Below are positions 51,387 to 62,079 of a stretch of 64,000 bases of DNA, in pieces; position 1 is the first letter of the stretch; each line of letters starts with the position of its first letter. The DNA comes from Takakia lepidozioides (lineage: Eukaryota > Plantae > Bryophyta), in assembly GCA_030704615.1 (NCBI GenBank), contig CM060732.1, positions 55,118,001 to 55,182,000 on the forward strand, given 5' to 3'. Made by a program: the position numbers and the translations under genes. The notes under the pieces are model-generated. The model ran no database searches, was not told where the DNA came from, and was given only the letters and a program-made list of their open reading frames with translations.

Positions 51387-53912
51387 CGTCCACTTTCTCA
51401 AACCTCTCCAGCTATCTCTCCTTGATCTTCTCAAACCTACCCCTTCTCTTTTTGCCATTCCGAAAGCTACTGTTCAGCTCTTCACTCTCTTCAATTTCTT
51501 CACTCCACTGCTCTTCACTGTTCAGGCACACGGAAGCTCTGAACACACGCTGCAAGTGCCTAATATAGGCATGTGCATATCTGTTAGACAGTCCGGGGAT
51601 CAAATCTTGGAACTGTCTGTAGGAAAACCTCCACTTGGATATAGGTACATACTCTCACTCCTCCTTTTTGTGAAGCCTAAATGAACCCACATCAGTCGTC
51701 TTCATGAAATTGCAGTGGACGTAGAATCACAGTTTGACTAGTCAATTTGGGCAAATGAGAGCCAATGAGAGTTCTACTCGGTTACCTCTGGGTCGGTAAA
51801 GACCAAAGACCTTATTTTGTCTTTGATTGTGGGACTGTTGAAGGTTGGAGGTCGAGCAACTTCACGAGGCATTCTGGTGTTTGGGCTTTTCCTTTTGACA
51901 ATCAAGTCGTATTCGCACGTAGTCCTCCTGCAGTGTTACTAAGTTATTGTGCAGTCAAAATTTGGTGATAGAATGTTGCATTTCGTAGTCCAAGGCATGT
52001 TCAGCGGCTTTCTTTGGCATCCAGAGCAGACAGTAAGGAATGCATCATGTTTTAGCTACTACCGTCTCAGGGCCATTGTTTGCAAACGAAGGTACTTGGC
52101 GGCACTGCTCCACCAGCTCCGAAAGCAGGCTACTCTACAAAGGGCGGATTCATACGGCCATGCTTCTGCATGACCGCACCTCCCACAATTGCCAGACCGA
52201 CCATAGCCTACACTGAGAGATAAGAAGCAACTAAAGAAACTTGCTTAAGAGCAACAAAACTTGCGAGAGATGTTTACAGTGCATTACAAAATCAGAAGCA
52301 CTAATTACATGTCTAGTGCAACTTTCACACTCCGAAGAAGAATAAATGAATGAATCTCCTTTACATGAGCTAAACTTCACCCCAAATTTTTTTTCCTCTT
52401 TTGCCGAAATCGGCACTTCGAATACTTGTACTCTCATCCCATGCGATGTGATTCTTATGGCCTCACCTGAGGCAGTGTCCTCTGCTAGCTATGAACGAGC
52501 CGGAACCTGCAGCAGATCACCGGGCGTGACTCTGGAGGTGGAATGGGTATCCAGCGTGTCTATGCCAAGCCGCAGACATTTGCAGGTGTGGGCTATGACA
52601 CCTGCTCAGCCTCCAGGGAGACCGAAAAAAGGTATAGAAACGCAATCTCCAGAGACTTCTTTTGGGTCTCTGAACTGTTCGCATCGTAGTGATTGAAGCT
52701 CCATAGTGTCCCAACCCACATGATCGACACTCTTGTCGTCCTCCTTCCATAGCCCTTTGAGTTCATATCCTGAGATACGATGATATGTTTAGTTATATTG
52801 CTTGTTTGCCCCATTGGAATGCCTTGTTTGTGGGAGAACCCACTTGGCTTTTCCTTGGGATGAGAATTATATTTTCCGTGGAAATTCTGCTAGAAGTTCC
52901 AAGAGGGAGGCCCACTCCTTAATGTAGAGAGCTTGTTACCACAGATATGACAACATTACAGTGCTCTTCTGCAGCAGTGCAGAGCCACACTCCCCAGGCA
53001 CTTTCATGAGGAAGAGTGGAGACAGATGTACTCATTAACCCTTCCCTGCGAATGTATGTTTAATCCTCATAGAATACTAATAACATTCCCCCAGTGAGTT
53101 TTGGGGGCAGAGCAAGCAACACAGTCCCAAACCCCCAAAGTGCTCACACACAACCAACAAAAATGCAGCTACAGGGAATGGTTATTGAGGTAGGGATCAT
53201 TATAGATACCTGGCTAGAAAATACTATACTGATTCCAGCACAGGTGCTGGAACCCACATTTGCAGCACAAGAGAGGAAGAGACAGAGACAGAAATTTACT
53301 TTTTATGTGAAGCCTACACTAACATTCCTTACATTCCTAACTTTCCTTACAAGTAGGAGCTAGTAAAGATCTCAATTGAGATGGAGCCAATCATAATGGC
53401 AAATTTCTTACGTTCTTACAGTTCTTTCATCCAGGTGAACATGTAAGTAAAGAACAGCTGTGGCAGGAGTTCTTCTCAGATCCTTCACGGTGGTGGGACA
53501 ACAGGCTTGACAAGGTGAGGCTATCTTTATTGAAGAATGGGCTTATGACTAGAGCTTTCTTTGATGGTGTTGATTCTATCTCAAACCTTACATTAATGAC
53601 AATGTGTTCTTTGACTTGAAAAGCAGCAAACACTTGGTTCTTACTGTTGCTATCTGCGAGGTTGTTCTCATTGTTAGCAGGGCCTGAAAGTTGACTGCTC
53701 AAGTTTGTGCGCTGTTATTTTGAGACAGGCTTGGAGTTTTGGTGGCTGTGCTAAGCGAGGCTACAGTTTAAAGTATTTGCTGCTCAACTGCCCACTGATG
53801 GTTTTCACAGAGAAGTCCAAGATCCCCAGACTTCAGACACAAGTGCACAAAGGAGGCCCTGTGGATTGAAGGTTCAACGAACCTTCCTTGGGTGAGAGCA
53901 GAGCTAGCTGCC

Positions 53913-56258
53913 ATGATACAAGGCCAAGCACTGTGTGGTGATCTGAGGAGATTATGTAAGGCAGGACTACTGAAAGAGGCCCTGCAAAATATGAACCAAC
54001 GAGGCATTTGGGCAGACTCTGATACTTATGTTTGTCTTTTGCGAGCATGCATCAACATGGAAGGTCTCGCAGAGGGAAAGCAGGTGCATGCCCATATTAT
54101 TCAACGTGGATTCAAGCCGAATATCTTTTTACACAACACCCTTGTCAATATGTATGCCAAGTGCGGGAGTGTGGTGGATGCACGCCAACTATTTGATAAA
54201 ATACCTGAACGAGATATTGTTACCTGGAATGCGATGATAACAGGATATGTTAAGCATGGGTGTGGTAGCGATGCCTTCGAAATCTATGAGCAAATGATAT
54301 GGGAAGGAGTCACACCAGATAAGGTCACATTTACTTCCATTCTCAAGGCGTGTGCCAGCCTTGCAGCCCTGGAAAAGGGTATAGAAGTTCATTCTGACAT
54401 CATCAGATCTGGAATTGAACCAGATATAATTCTTGAGACTGCCCTTGCTGCCATGTATGCCAAATGTGGGGAAATGAAGGATGCACGTCAAGTGTTTAAT
54501 AATATGGCCCAACGAGATGTGGTTTCATGGAATGTGATGATAGCAGGATATGGTCAGCATGGCTGTCACAGGGAGGCCATCCAACTATTTGAACAAATGC
54601 AACAGGAAGGCTTGAACCCGGATGTAGTCTCATGGAGTGCAATGATCACAGGATGTGCCCAGCATGGGTGTGGTAGGAAGGCTTTGGAGATGTATGAGCA
54701 CATGAAACGGGAAGGGGTGACACCCAACGAGGTCACTTTCATTTGCATTCTCAAGGCATGTGCCAACTTGACAGCCCTGGAAAAGGGCATTGAGGTCCAT
54801 GCGGACATGATCAAAGCTGGAATTGTTCCAGACATCATACTAGAAAATACCCTTATCGACATGTATGCGAAATGTGGGAGCTTACAGGATGCCCGCCGAG
54901 TGTTCGACAGTATGGCTAAACGAGATGTGGTATCATGGAATGTGATGATAGCAGGATATGGTCAGCATGGATATGGTAGGGAGAGCCTCCAATTATTTGA
55001 ACAGATGCAGCAGGAAGGCTTCAAGCCAAATGTGATCTCATGGAGTGCGATGATCGCCGGATATGCCCAGAATGGTTGTGGTAGGAAGGCTGTTGAGATG
55101 TACAAGGAAATGATACAGGAAGGGGTGACACCCAATGGGGTCACTTTTCTGTGCGTTCTTAAGGCATGTGCAAGCCTGGCATCCTTGGGAACAGGCATAA
55201 ATGTGCACAATGACATCATTGAAGCTGGAATTGCACCAGATATCATGCTGGAGAATACCCTGGTTGACATGTATGCCAAATGCGGGAGTGTAAAGCATGC
55301 GCGGCAAGTATTTGACAATATGGCTCATCAAGATGTGGTCTCATGGAACGCAATGATTGCAGGATATTCTCAGCATGGGTGCAGTATTGAGGCCCTGCGA
55401 CTGTTTGAACAAATGCAACAGCAAGGCTTCAAACCAAATGGTGTCACCCTTACATGTGTTCTCTCTGCATGTAGCCACATGGGCCTAGTGGATGAAGGCC
55501 ATCATTACTTCAATTCCATGAGTCCAGATCATGACATCACTCCTGGAAGAGTGCATTTTGTCTGCATGGTGGACCTTCTTGGCCGTGCAGGGCGATTGGA
55601 TGAGGTAGAGGATTTCATCAATAAAGTGCCAATCGAACCAAATGCCGCAGTGTGGGGGGCTGTGCTTGGTGCATGCAGAATTCACAAAAATGTGGATCTA
55701 GCAGAACGTGCAGCAAAATGTCTTCTCAAGTGCGATCCACATTATGCTGCAACCTATGTGCTGCTATCAAACATTTATGCTGCTGCTGGCCGGTGGCACG
55801 ATACAGCAAAGATGAGGAAAATGATGCAGGTCAGAGGTGTCAGCAAGGAGCCAGGTCGGAGTTGCATTGAAGTAGACAACCAGGTGCATACCTTTGTTGT
55901 AGGAGACAAGTTGCATCCCCAAATGGAGGAAATACAGGCAGAGCTGAATAGATTATCTGCTCTGATGCAGGTGGCCGGGTACGTGCCTGACACAGGCTTT
56001 GTACTGCATGATCTGGAGGAAGATGAAAAGGAATTTTGTCTTTGCCATCACAGTGAGAAACTGGCCCTTGCTTTTGGGCTCATCAGCACACCCCCTGGGA
56101 CGCCTATCTGTGTCATCAAGAACCTTCGTGTGTGTGGTGACTGCCACACTGCCACCAAGTTCATCTCAAAGATTGTTGAGAGAGCATTCGTTATACGAGA
56201 TGCCAACCGCTTTCACCACATTGATGATGGGGTTTGTTCTTGTGGGGATTACTGGTGA
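53913..56258 (+). CDS. PLS-class pentatricopeptide repeat protein with E1-E2-DYW deaminase domain (organellar C-to-U RNA editing factor)
   Basis: About 17 P/L/S motifs, PG box EPGRSCIEV, HSEKLA, CGDCH and terminal DYW, uninterrupted. The first ATG is at 53913; the true start may lie in an upstream exon. Confidence 0.95.
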   Translation: MIQGQALCGDLRRLCKAGLLKEALQNMNQRGIWADSDTYVCLLRACINMEGLAEGKQVHAHIIQRGFKPNIFLHNTLVNMYAKCGSVVDARQLFDKIPERDIVTWNAMITGYVKHGCGSDAFEIYEQMIWEGVTPDKVTFTSILKACASLAALEKGIEVHSDIIRSGIEPDIILETALAAMYAKCGEMKDARQVFNNMAQRDVVSWNVMIAGYGQHGCHREAIQLFEQMQQEGLNPDVVSWSAMITGCAQHGCGRKALEMYEHMKREGVTPNEVTFICILKACANLTALEKGIEVHADMIKAGIVPDIILENTLIDMYAKCGSLQDARRVFDSMAKRDVVSWNVMIAGYGQHGYGRESLQLFEQMQQEGFKPNVISWSAMIAGYAQNGCGRKAVEMYKEMIQEGVTPNGVTFLCVLKACASLASLGTGINVHNDIIEAGIAPDIMLENTLVDMYAKCGSVKHARQVFDNMAHQDVVSWNAMIAGYSQHGCSIEALRLFEQMQQQGFKPNGVTLTCVLSACSHMGLVDEGHHYFNSMSPDHDITPGRVHFVCMVDLLGRAGRLDEVEDFINKVPIEPNAAVWGAVLGACRIHKNVDLAERAAKCLLKCDPHYAATYVLLSNIYAAAGRWHDTAKMRKMMQVRGVSKEPGRSCIEVDNQVHTFVVGDKLHPQMEEIQAELNRLSALMQVAGYVPDTGFVLHDLEEDEKEFCLCHHSEKLALAFGLISTPPGTPICVIKNLRVCGDCHTATKFISKIVERAFVIRDANRFHHIDDGVCSCGDYW

Positions 56259-56584
56259 AACCTCATAGAACCATAGCACAACAGCTCTGGCTGGGACTCC
56301 TCAAATCCTTTGCAGTGGTGGGACAACAGAGGTGAGTCTATCTTCATGTGGGATGGAAGGAGTTTGTCAAGGAGGGCTTGTGACTCAAGCAGTCTTAATG
56401 GTGTTTTGTGGACTGATTGCATCTCAGTTCTATGTTATTCACATTTCTTCCGTAGGGAAATGCCAGTAAAGGAGTGTTCGAAAGAAGGTTGCTCCAGGTA
56501 ACCCTGTTTGAAATATCCTTTTATTATGGATGTTTGCAGCTCTGGTAGCTGAGTCTGATCTATGTGAGGCTTGGGATTGAAGCT

Positions 56585-57270
56585 TTGGCTGGTGGTTTTT
56601 CACAGAGAAGTCCAAGATCACCAGACTTCTTTTGAGGTCCTCTGGATTGAGAGTTGGTCAAATCCTCCTTGGGTAAACGAAGAATTCATCATACAAGGAA
56701 GATCACAATCTTGTGATGATTCTAATGTCATAATACAGAATGAGCTTCATGCCGAGACTACAATGCGGTTTTGATGATGTATCATTGGAGCATTCCAAGT
56801 GAAGCTTTTGTACAGTACTGATGACTGAAATAGCTTTTGAGCCCTGTCCATATGTAGCAAGGAAACTGACATCATGAAGGGATCTTCTTTATAAGTTTCT
56901 CAGACCTTTGACATATACTGTGAGTTTGTACTGTGTAGAGGTTTGTACCTCAGGGTTTTGAATAATGCAGGATTGCAAGGTTGAATCAGTCACAATTGTT
57001 TCCATGAGGCTCCTCCATCTTTGCCACTAATATTGAAAAAGGCCAAGAGAGAGAATCAACAGGAGAACTTCCCTGGGCACTTGTTGGGATGTGAGGACAC
57101 TCTGCAAGGTAGGACAAGTAAAAGATGTGCTGCATACTTTGAACCAACTGTGCATTCTGACAGATTGCAATATGTAAAATATGAAAGCAGATCAAAGTGG
57201 ACCAACACATATGTAATTGCACAACATTGGTATCAGTATCAGAACATGGCCGGCAGTAGTGTCAACGACT
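56585..57270 (+). pseudogene. Relic of a tandem PPR paralogue (5' part)
   Basis: 56590-56720 repeats 53800-53945 (ggttttcacagagaagtccaagatc...tggattga...ccttgggt). ~57088-57150 encodes DVRTLCKVGQVKDVLHTLNQ versus DLRRLCKAGLLKEALQNMNQ in the intact gene. Confidence 0.6.
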
Positions 57271-57875
57271 ACCATTAACAAACTGGTTCGGACTTGTTAC
57301 AGCTATGTTTTATGTTTTCATGCATAGAATTTTGCTCACAGCAAATAGTGCAGCTACTGAACATGTGGAGACTGATTTTGGGTTTCTATGCTATAAGTGG
57401 AAACCTGTAGGCCTACTCTGTACTCTCTCATGGAACTGGGCTTCCCCTCCTGAACTTGCACAGAGGGGTCTTGTGGTGCTCCTGCCTAAGTCTGGCCTAT
57501 TGAAGAGCCTACACCCTGTAGGAAGTTTGGAAAGCAGAATATTCAGAGGGTCAAGTTGTTTGCAGATGCTTGGAGAGGAAGCGACATCAGCCCTCATAAA
57601 ATGGTTATAATTTTGTGAAAAATAAAAACTATTAAAATTTGACCGGACATTCAAGGTGCCCTGCCAATTAACGTCAGAATCCAGAATGCCCCACAGTCAT
57701 ATTCATGGTTGGTACTGCTGTACGAAGCTGCCTGCACAGCTTCTTGACTCTGTAGAGTTTATAAGGGGTGTTTCGATGCTTCGTACTCCTTGTGTGCTTT
57801 GTGGGTGAGCTTTCCAAAGCCTGTGTCGGTTCCTGTGGCTTGTAAACCCTGCGGGTATCAAGTTGGCTCTGAGCT

Positions 57876-59741
57876 ATGGTGGGGAAGATGCACAAAGCTG
57901 TGCAGGTGGTAGCGTTCAATGAGGATCCTCTGAAGGCATGCTCTCTGATTGAGAGGAGAACACCATCGGCGGGGCCCGGCCAAGTTGTGGTGCACATGCT
58001 ATGCAGCCCTGTCAACCCTATCGATATCTTGTCCATGCGGGGAGTGTATCCAGCCTGGCGACCAGCTTCGTTTCCCAGCACGATTGGCCTTGAAGGCATG
58101 GGCACAGTTCACGAGGTGTTCTCTTTAGGCCTGGTAGTTGAGGATTTGCTTCAATGTTGATCCTTCTTGACAATTTAGACAACTGTTTTTCACCTCGTGT
58201 TGTTTGGTTTGTATAAAGACACATAGAAACAGACAGTGACAGAAATTGGCAACTACTCCCTCTAGTTTCGTCTGCAAGGTTTGCGGTTAACAGGTTGTGC
58301 TGAACTCCATTGAAGTTTCAGTTACTTTGAGGGTGAAGGAGTGTAACCGTATCATACATGCAAGACTTCAAGAGTGGATAAAGTTACACACATCCTAGCC
58401 CCTCACACTGTAACCAGAAGATGGTGAGGTTGCAGGTCGGGGAAAATGTGACCCACCTGGAGGTGGGCCAGCGTGTGTTCCCGCTGACGGAGTCCGCTTA
58501 GACAGGGGAAGGAACTTGGCAAGAATACATTGTGGTGCCTGCCCAGGCCGTCTTCCCCATTCCCGACTCCATCTCTAATGAGACCGCATCGCAATTCTTA
58601 ATCAACCCCTGGACAGGTTTGTCTCGCTGTATCCCAGGCAGGGGTACATTCTCTCTGGGGGAAATTGCAGTGCCAGACGAGGTGATCAACTACCGTAAGG
58701 AAGATGTTAGGGAGCGTGTGAAGGAAATAACAGGAGGTGACTTGGCCTATGTGGCCATTGAGTGTGTGGGTGGTGATGTCACCAAGGTCACTCCCTTCCT
58801 CACTGTTCTCAGTTTTCATTTTTCCTCAGGTGTACCCTGTGGTGCTCTCTATATTTGTCCGATGTTGAGGATTTGTTTTCTCAATTGTAGAAGACATCGT
58901 GTGTGTACATACTCACATCTTGTTGTTTACAAGAAACACAGTCGGGCTGGATCATGAATTGTCAGTAAAGCTATCAGGAATCAAGCATACTTACGTTTAC
59001 TTAACATTTACTGTGCTTCGGAAAAACTGATCGTTCCTTGTGGGGTTGTCATCCTCCTTATCGGTTCATGGTGGTAGCTCACAAGCCGCCTTGCAGAAGG
59101 GAGGAAAATCCTGAAGCAATCTTATCATGAAATGTCAATATATTGGTGTCCAATGACAGTTGCTCAACAACTTGGGTGAAATATGAGTACCGGGGGGAAG
59201 AGGGAGAGAAGGAGACGCCCTGTGTTATGCACATTGTTTATCAGCAAGGAGGACTTAAGGGAGTGGTTGGGATGGTGGATGGCTTGGCGTTACAGACAGT
59301 TGTTTCTGCTGTAAGGAATGGTGGGACGGCATTTGCATATGGTTTTCTGGAAGGAGATGATGCACACGTTTCCATTCAAGATCTGTTGTTCCGTGAAGTA
59401 ACACTTCAAGGATTTTATTTGACTTCTTGGATTGGCAAGTTGTCACCAAGTAGGATGGTGGAGGTTGGTGCTACTGTCATGCAGCTTCTGGTATCCAAGG
59501 TTATGGAGCCTCTGTCAGGCGAGAAGTTCCCCTTGCAGCGTTTCGGTTAGGCCATTCAGAAAAGCCTGGTATGCCTTGCACTTGAGGAGAACGGTGAAGT
59601 TCGTACCATTCATGGTTGTCCAGTTATTTGAGGGTAAAAGTAGCGTGAAATACTGTGTTTGTTGATGTGATAATTTGTGTTGTTATTGCACTGCAGGAGA
59701 TAGGGTGGGGAGGAAAAGTGTTTGTGGTGAATGATGATTGA
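57876..59741 (+). pseudogene. MDR-family 2-enoyl-thioester/quinone reductase-like gene, disrupted
   Basis: SPVNPID...GLEGMG, GTWQEY, INPWT, IECVGG and GKV motifs across ~5 exons. In-frame TAG at 58499-58501 and 59548-59550, and most of the NADPH-binding segment between NPWT and DEVIN is missing. Confidence 0.8.
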
Positions 59742-60219
59742 TGGTAGTCCCCAGTGACTGACAAATGATATGGAATTTGAGGATCTTCCGCAGTGGTGAT
59801 GGAGGAAAGGAGAAAAAAATTCCCTAGGGATGTGACACTGCTGAAATCAAGTGCAGATGTTTTGTTGCACTATGCATTGAAATCTTCTGTGAACTACTCA
59901 AGAGAGGGACAGAAATGGGGCGTAGTATTATGTTCTCATGAGCCTCTCACGTCGAGAGGCTGGTAATATATAACATCAGGTTTTCTGTTTATTTATTGGT
60001 TAGCAAATTTGTAATGCTGCATTTCAATAAAATGCAGAATTTATGATCGGCTTTTGGCTTTACTTTTATTTGGTAGCACGCATGCAGTGTGTGGAACCCA
60101 TCAGTTCTGGCTATGTAAACTAGTTTTGAAGATGATAGACTTGCGGGTTATGACTGAAGCCAGAATTTGTTTTTGTACATATCTATATATATAACAGGGG
60201 ACGAAGGCCCTGGAATATT

Positions 60220-60830
60220 TATTGATTGAAAACAGAGGATACAAAGGAAGAGGAAAAAATAACCTCGGAAGGAATCCATGAGGGAGAAAAAGGGGGCACT
60301 GCCCCCATACTGGTGAATAAGAAACCTGCAGAAGCTATGGAAAGAAGGTCTGCCAGGGGGGCCAAAAGAATCTACTCAAGGCCTAGAAGAGTCAAAAGAC
60401 AGATGAGCCTTTGATTTGCTCTTAGATCTAAGAGAGCACTTGTGGTGCCAATTAACTTCCCGGTCCTCTGGCTCCGCCGACTGTCGGGTACTAAGGGAGC
60501 TTCCAACAGAGCTTCCAACATGACGGGAGATGGTTGTTCCGGATATCTTTTGAATCAGAGGTCAGACTCCCTCCTCTTCCCAGGCGTTATCAAAGCAAGT
60601 GAATAACTGCAATCTCCTTCTCTGAGAACATCTATCAGCAGCTGCACAGAAGACATCCCACGCTTTTTTTGCTTCAGACATTAAATCTGAGTGAACTCTG
60701 AACTCTATGCAGGACCAATTTAACACATGGCCTTTTTCCTTCATAAACAAGAGAGCATTTTGACTTCCAAATGTTCCACAGCTATGTGCGCCCGAAGAAT
60801 TTTAATGTCAGTCGATGTGTGAGTATGTAT
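60220..60830 (-). mobile_element. L1-clade LINE 3' remnant
   Basis: LWNIWKSKCSLVYEG, then in a shifted frame AKKAW...FDNAW, resembling L1 ORF2 C-termini; pyrimidine-rich 3' UTR ending near AATAAA. Confidence 0.45.
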
Positions 60831-61297
60831 ACCCCAAGTTCTCAATAACAGCCACTATGTTTTCTTTGGAAAAATTGATACTTAGATGGGTATGAAATTG
60901 TGTAGTTGATACCACTATCATAAAAACTGCAATGAAAAAACAGAAAAATCAAAAATAAATAAAAAACAGCTAGCTAGTCCCCTCACCTGAAGTTTGCCAG
61001 TCTGCTGCTTCGGTCCGCTGCCCTCCAGTCCATTGCTTCGCGTCCCCTCAGCCAGTCTGCCAGGCCAGTCCCCCACCCTCCAAACCGCTAAGTGCCGGAT
61101 GTGGACCATCCATTTTAAAAACCCATTGGAGCCCTCCATTTTTAGGGCAAAAATCCAAACCTTATCCCTGTCGCTTGCCACTTGCCACTTGCCGGCAACC
61201 GCGAACTTGCACTTGCCTGCTACTCCTTGCAACGTTATCGATAGTGTCCTGGGTAAGTTATTACGGTACGTTCTGAAGCGTGTCCTCTGTACAGGGC

Positions 61298-62079
61298 ATG
61301 GACGTAAAACTCGATGAGATATTGAAAACGGAAAGCCCGCTTATACGGCCTCTTCGACAATGTTTGCAAACACCAAAACCAGGACCCTTCAACAACAAGG
61401 ACTTGTATTGGAAGAGTGAGACTCAATCTGGGTTTATGGGTGTGCGAGTGAATGTTCAAAAGGCATGCATATCTTGGGATAGAGTTGCGGACTTTGTGCT
61501 TGGAGAGGAGAGTTTGGAGGACTGTCCCACTCAGTTTTGGGTGAATGTCCATACAAAAGTGAAACCCGGCATGCGAAAAGAGCCCAGAGCCAACACATTT
61601 CTGACCAGTATCATGTGTGCACCATCCTCACAATCCTTTTGTAATTTCATTGCATGTCTGTTGCGATTTGTGTTTCCCACCTATTGTGATGTCATGCTTC
61701 CACAAGGCGATGGATATCGATTTTGAATTTTATGTCCAGGTACCACTGCTGCTATGGACCTGATGACAAGCGCACTAACGAAGCAATAGTGGAGGATCCA
61801 AAACTCAAGTGTGGAGGACCTCTTGTTGGTGTTGGAACATCTCACCCTCATAAAGGCCCAAAGAGAAAGAAGTTGGATCAATATGGAGAGTCCTACAAGC
61901 GTGGTTGCCAGTGTTGTTTCAAGGTGCAGCGATGCTATCTCGCCCCTGACATTTGTGTTCTCACGTACTACAACAATATGGAGCATACAGATGCGCAAGG
62001 GAAAGCCTCGCATGGGAAGTCGGCTGAGTTCAGGAAGAATGCTTCTTGTGTGAGGCCCAGCTGTACTATGGGCAACTGA
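61298..62079 (+). pseudogene. N-terminal DNA-binding region of a SWIM-family MULE transposase (exons 61298-61614 and 61740-~62050); catalytic part not found
   Basis: ISWDRVADFVLGEE...CPTQF, YHCCYGPDD, KRGCQCCFKVQR...LTYYNNMEHTDAQGKASHG resembles the N-terminus of plant MULE-derived SWIM zinc-finger proteins; GT-AG intron in phase. Confidence 0.7.

Noticed and set aside
54189-56147. Several antisense and alternate-frame ORFs over the PPR gene
   Set aside because: Shadow ORFs of a long repetitive CDS.
58499-59550. TAG read-through, recoding or U-to-C editing rescuing the MDR gene
   Set aside because: Nuclear gene with an additional internal deletion; neighbouring genes use TAG as a normal stop.
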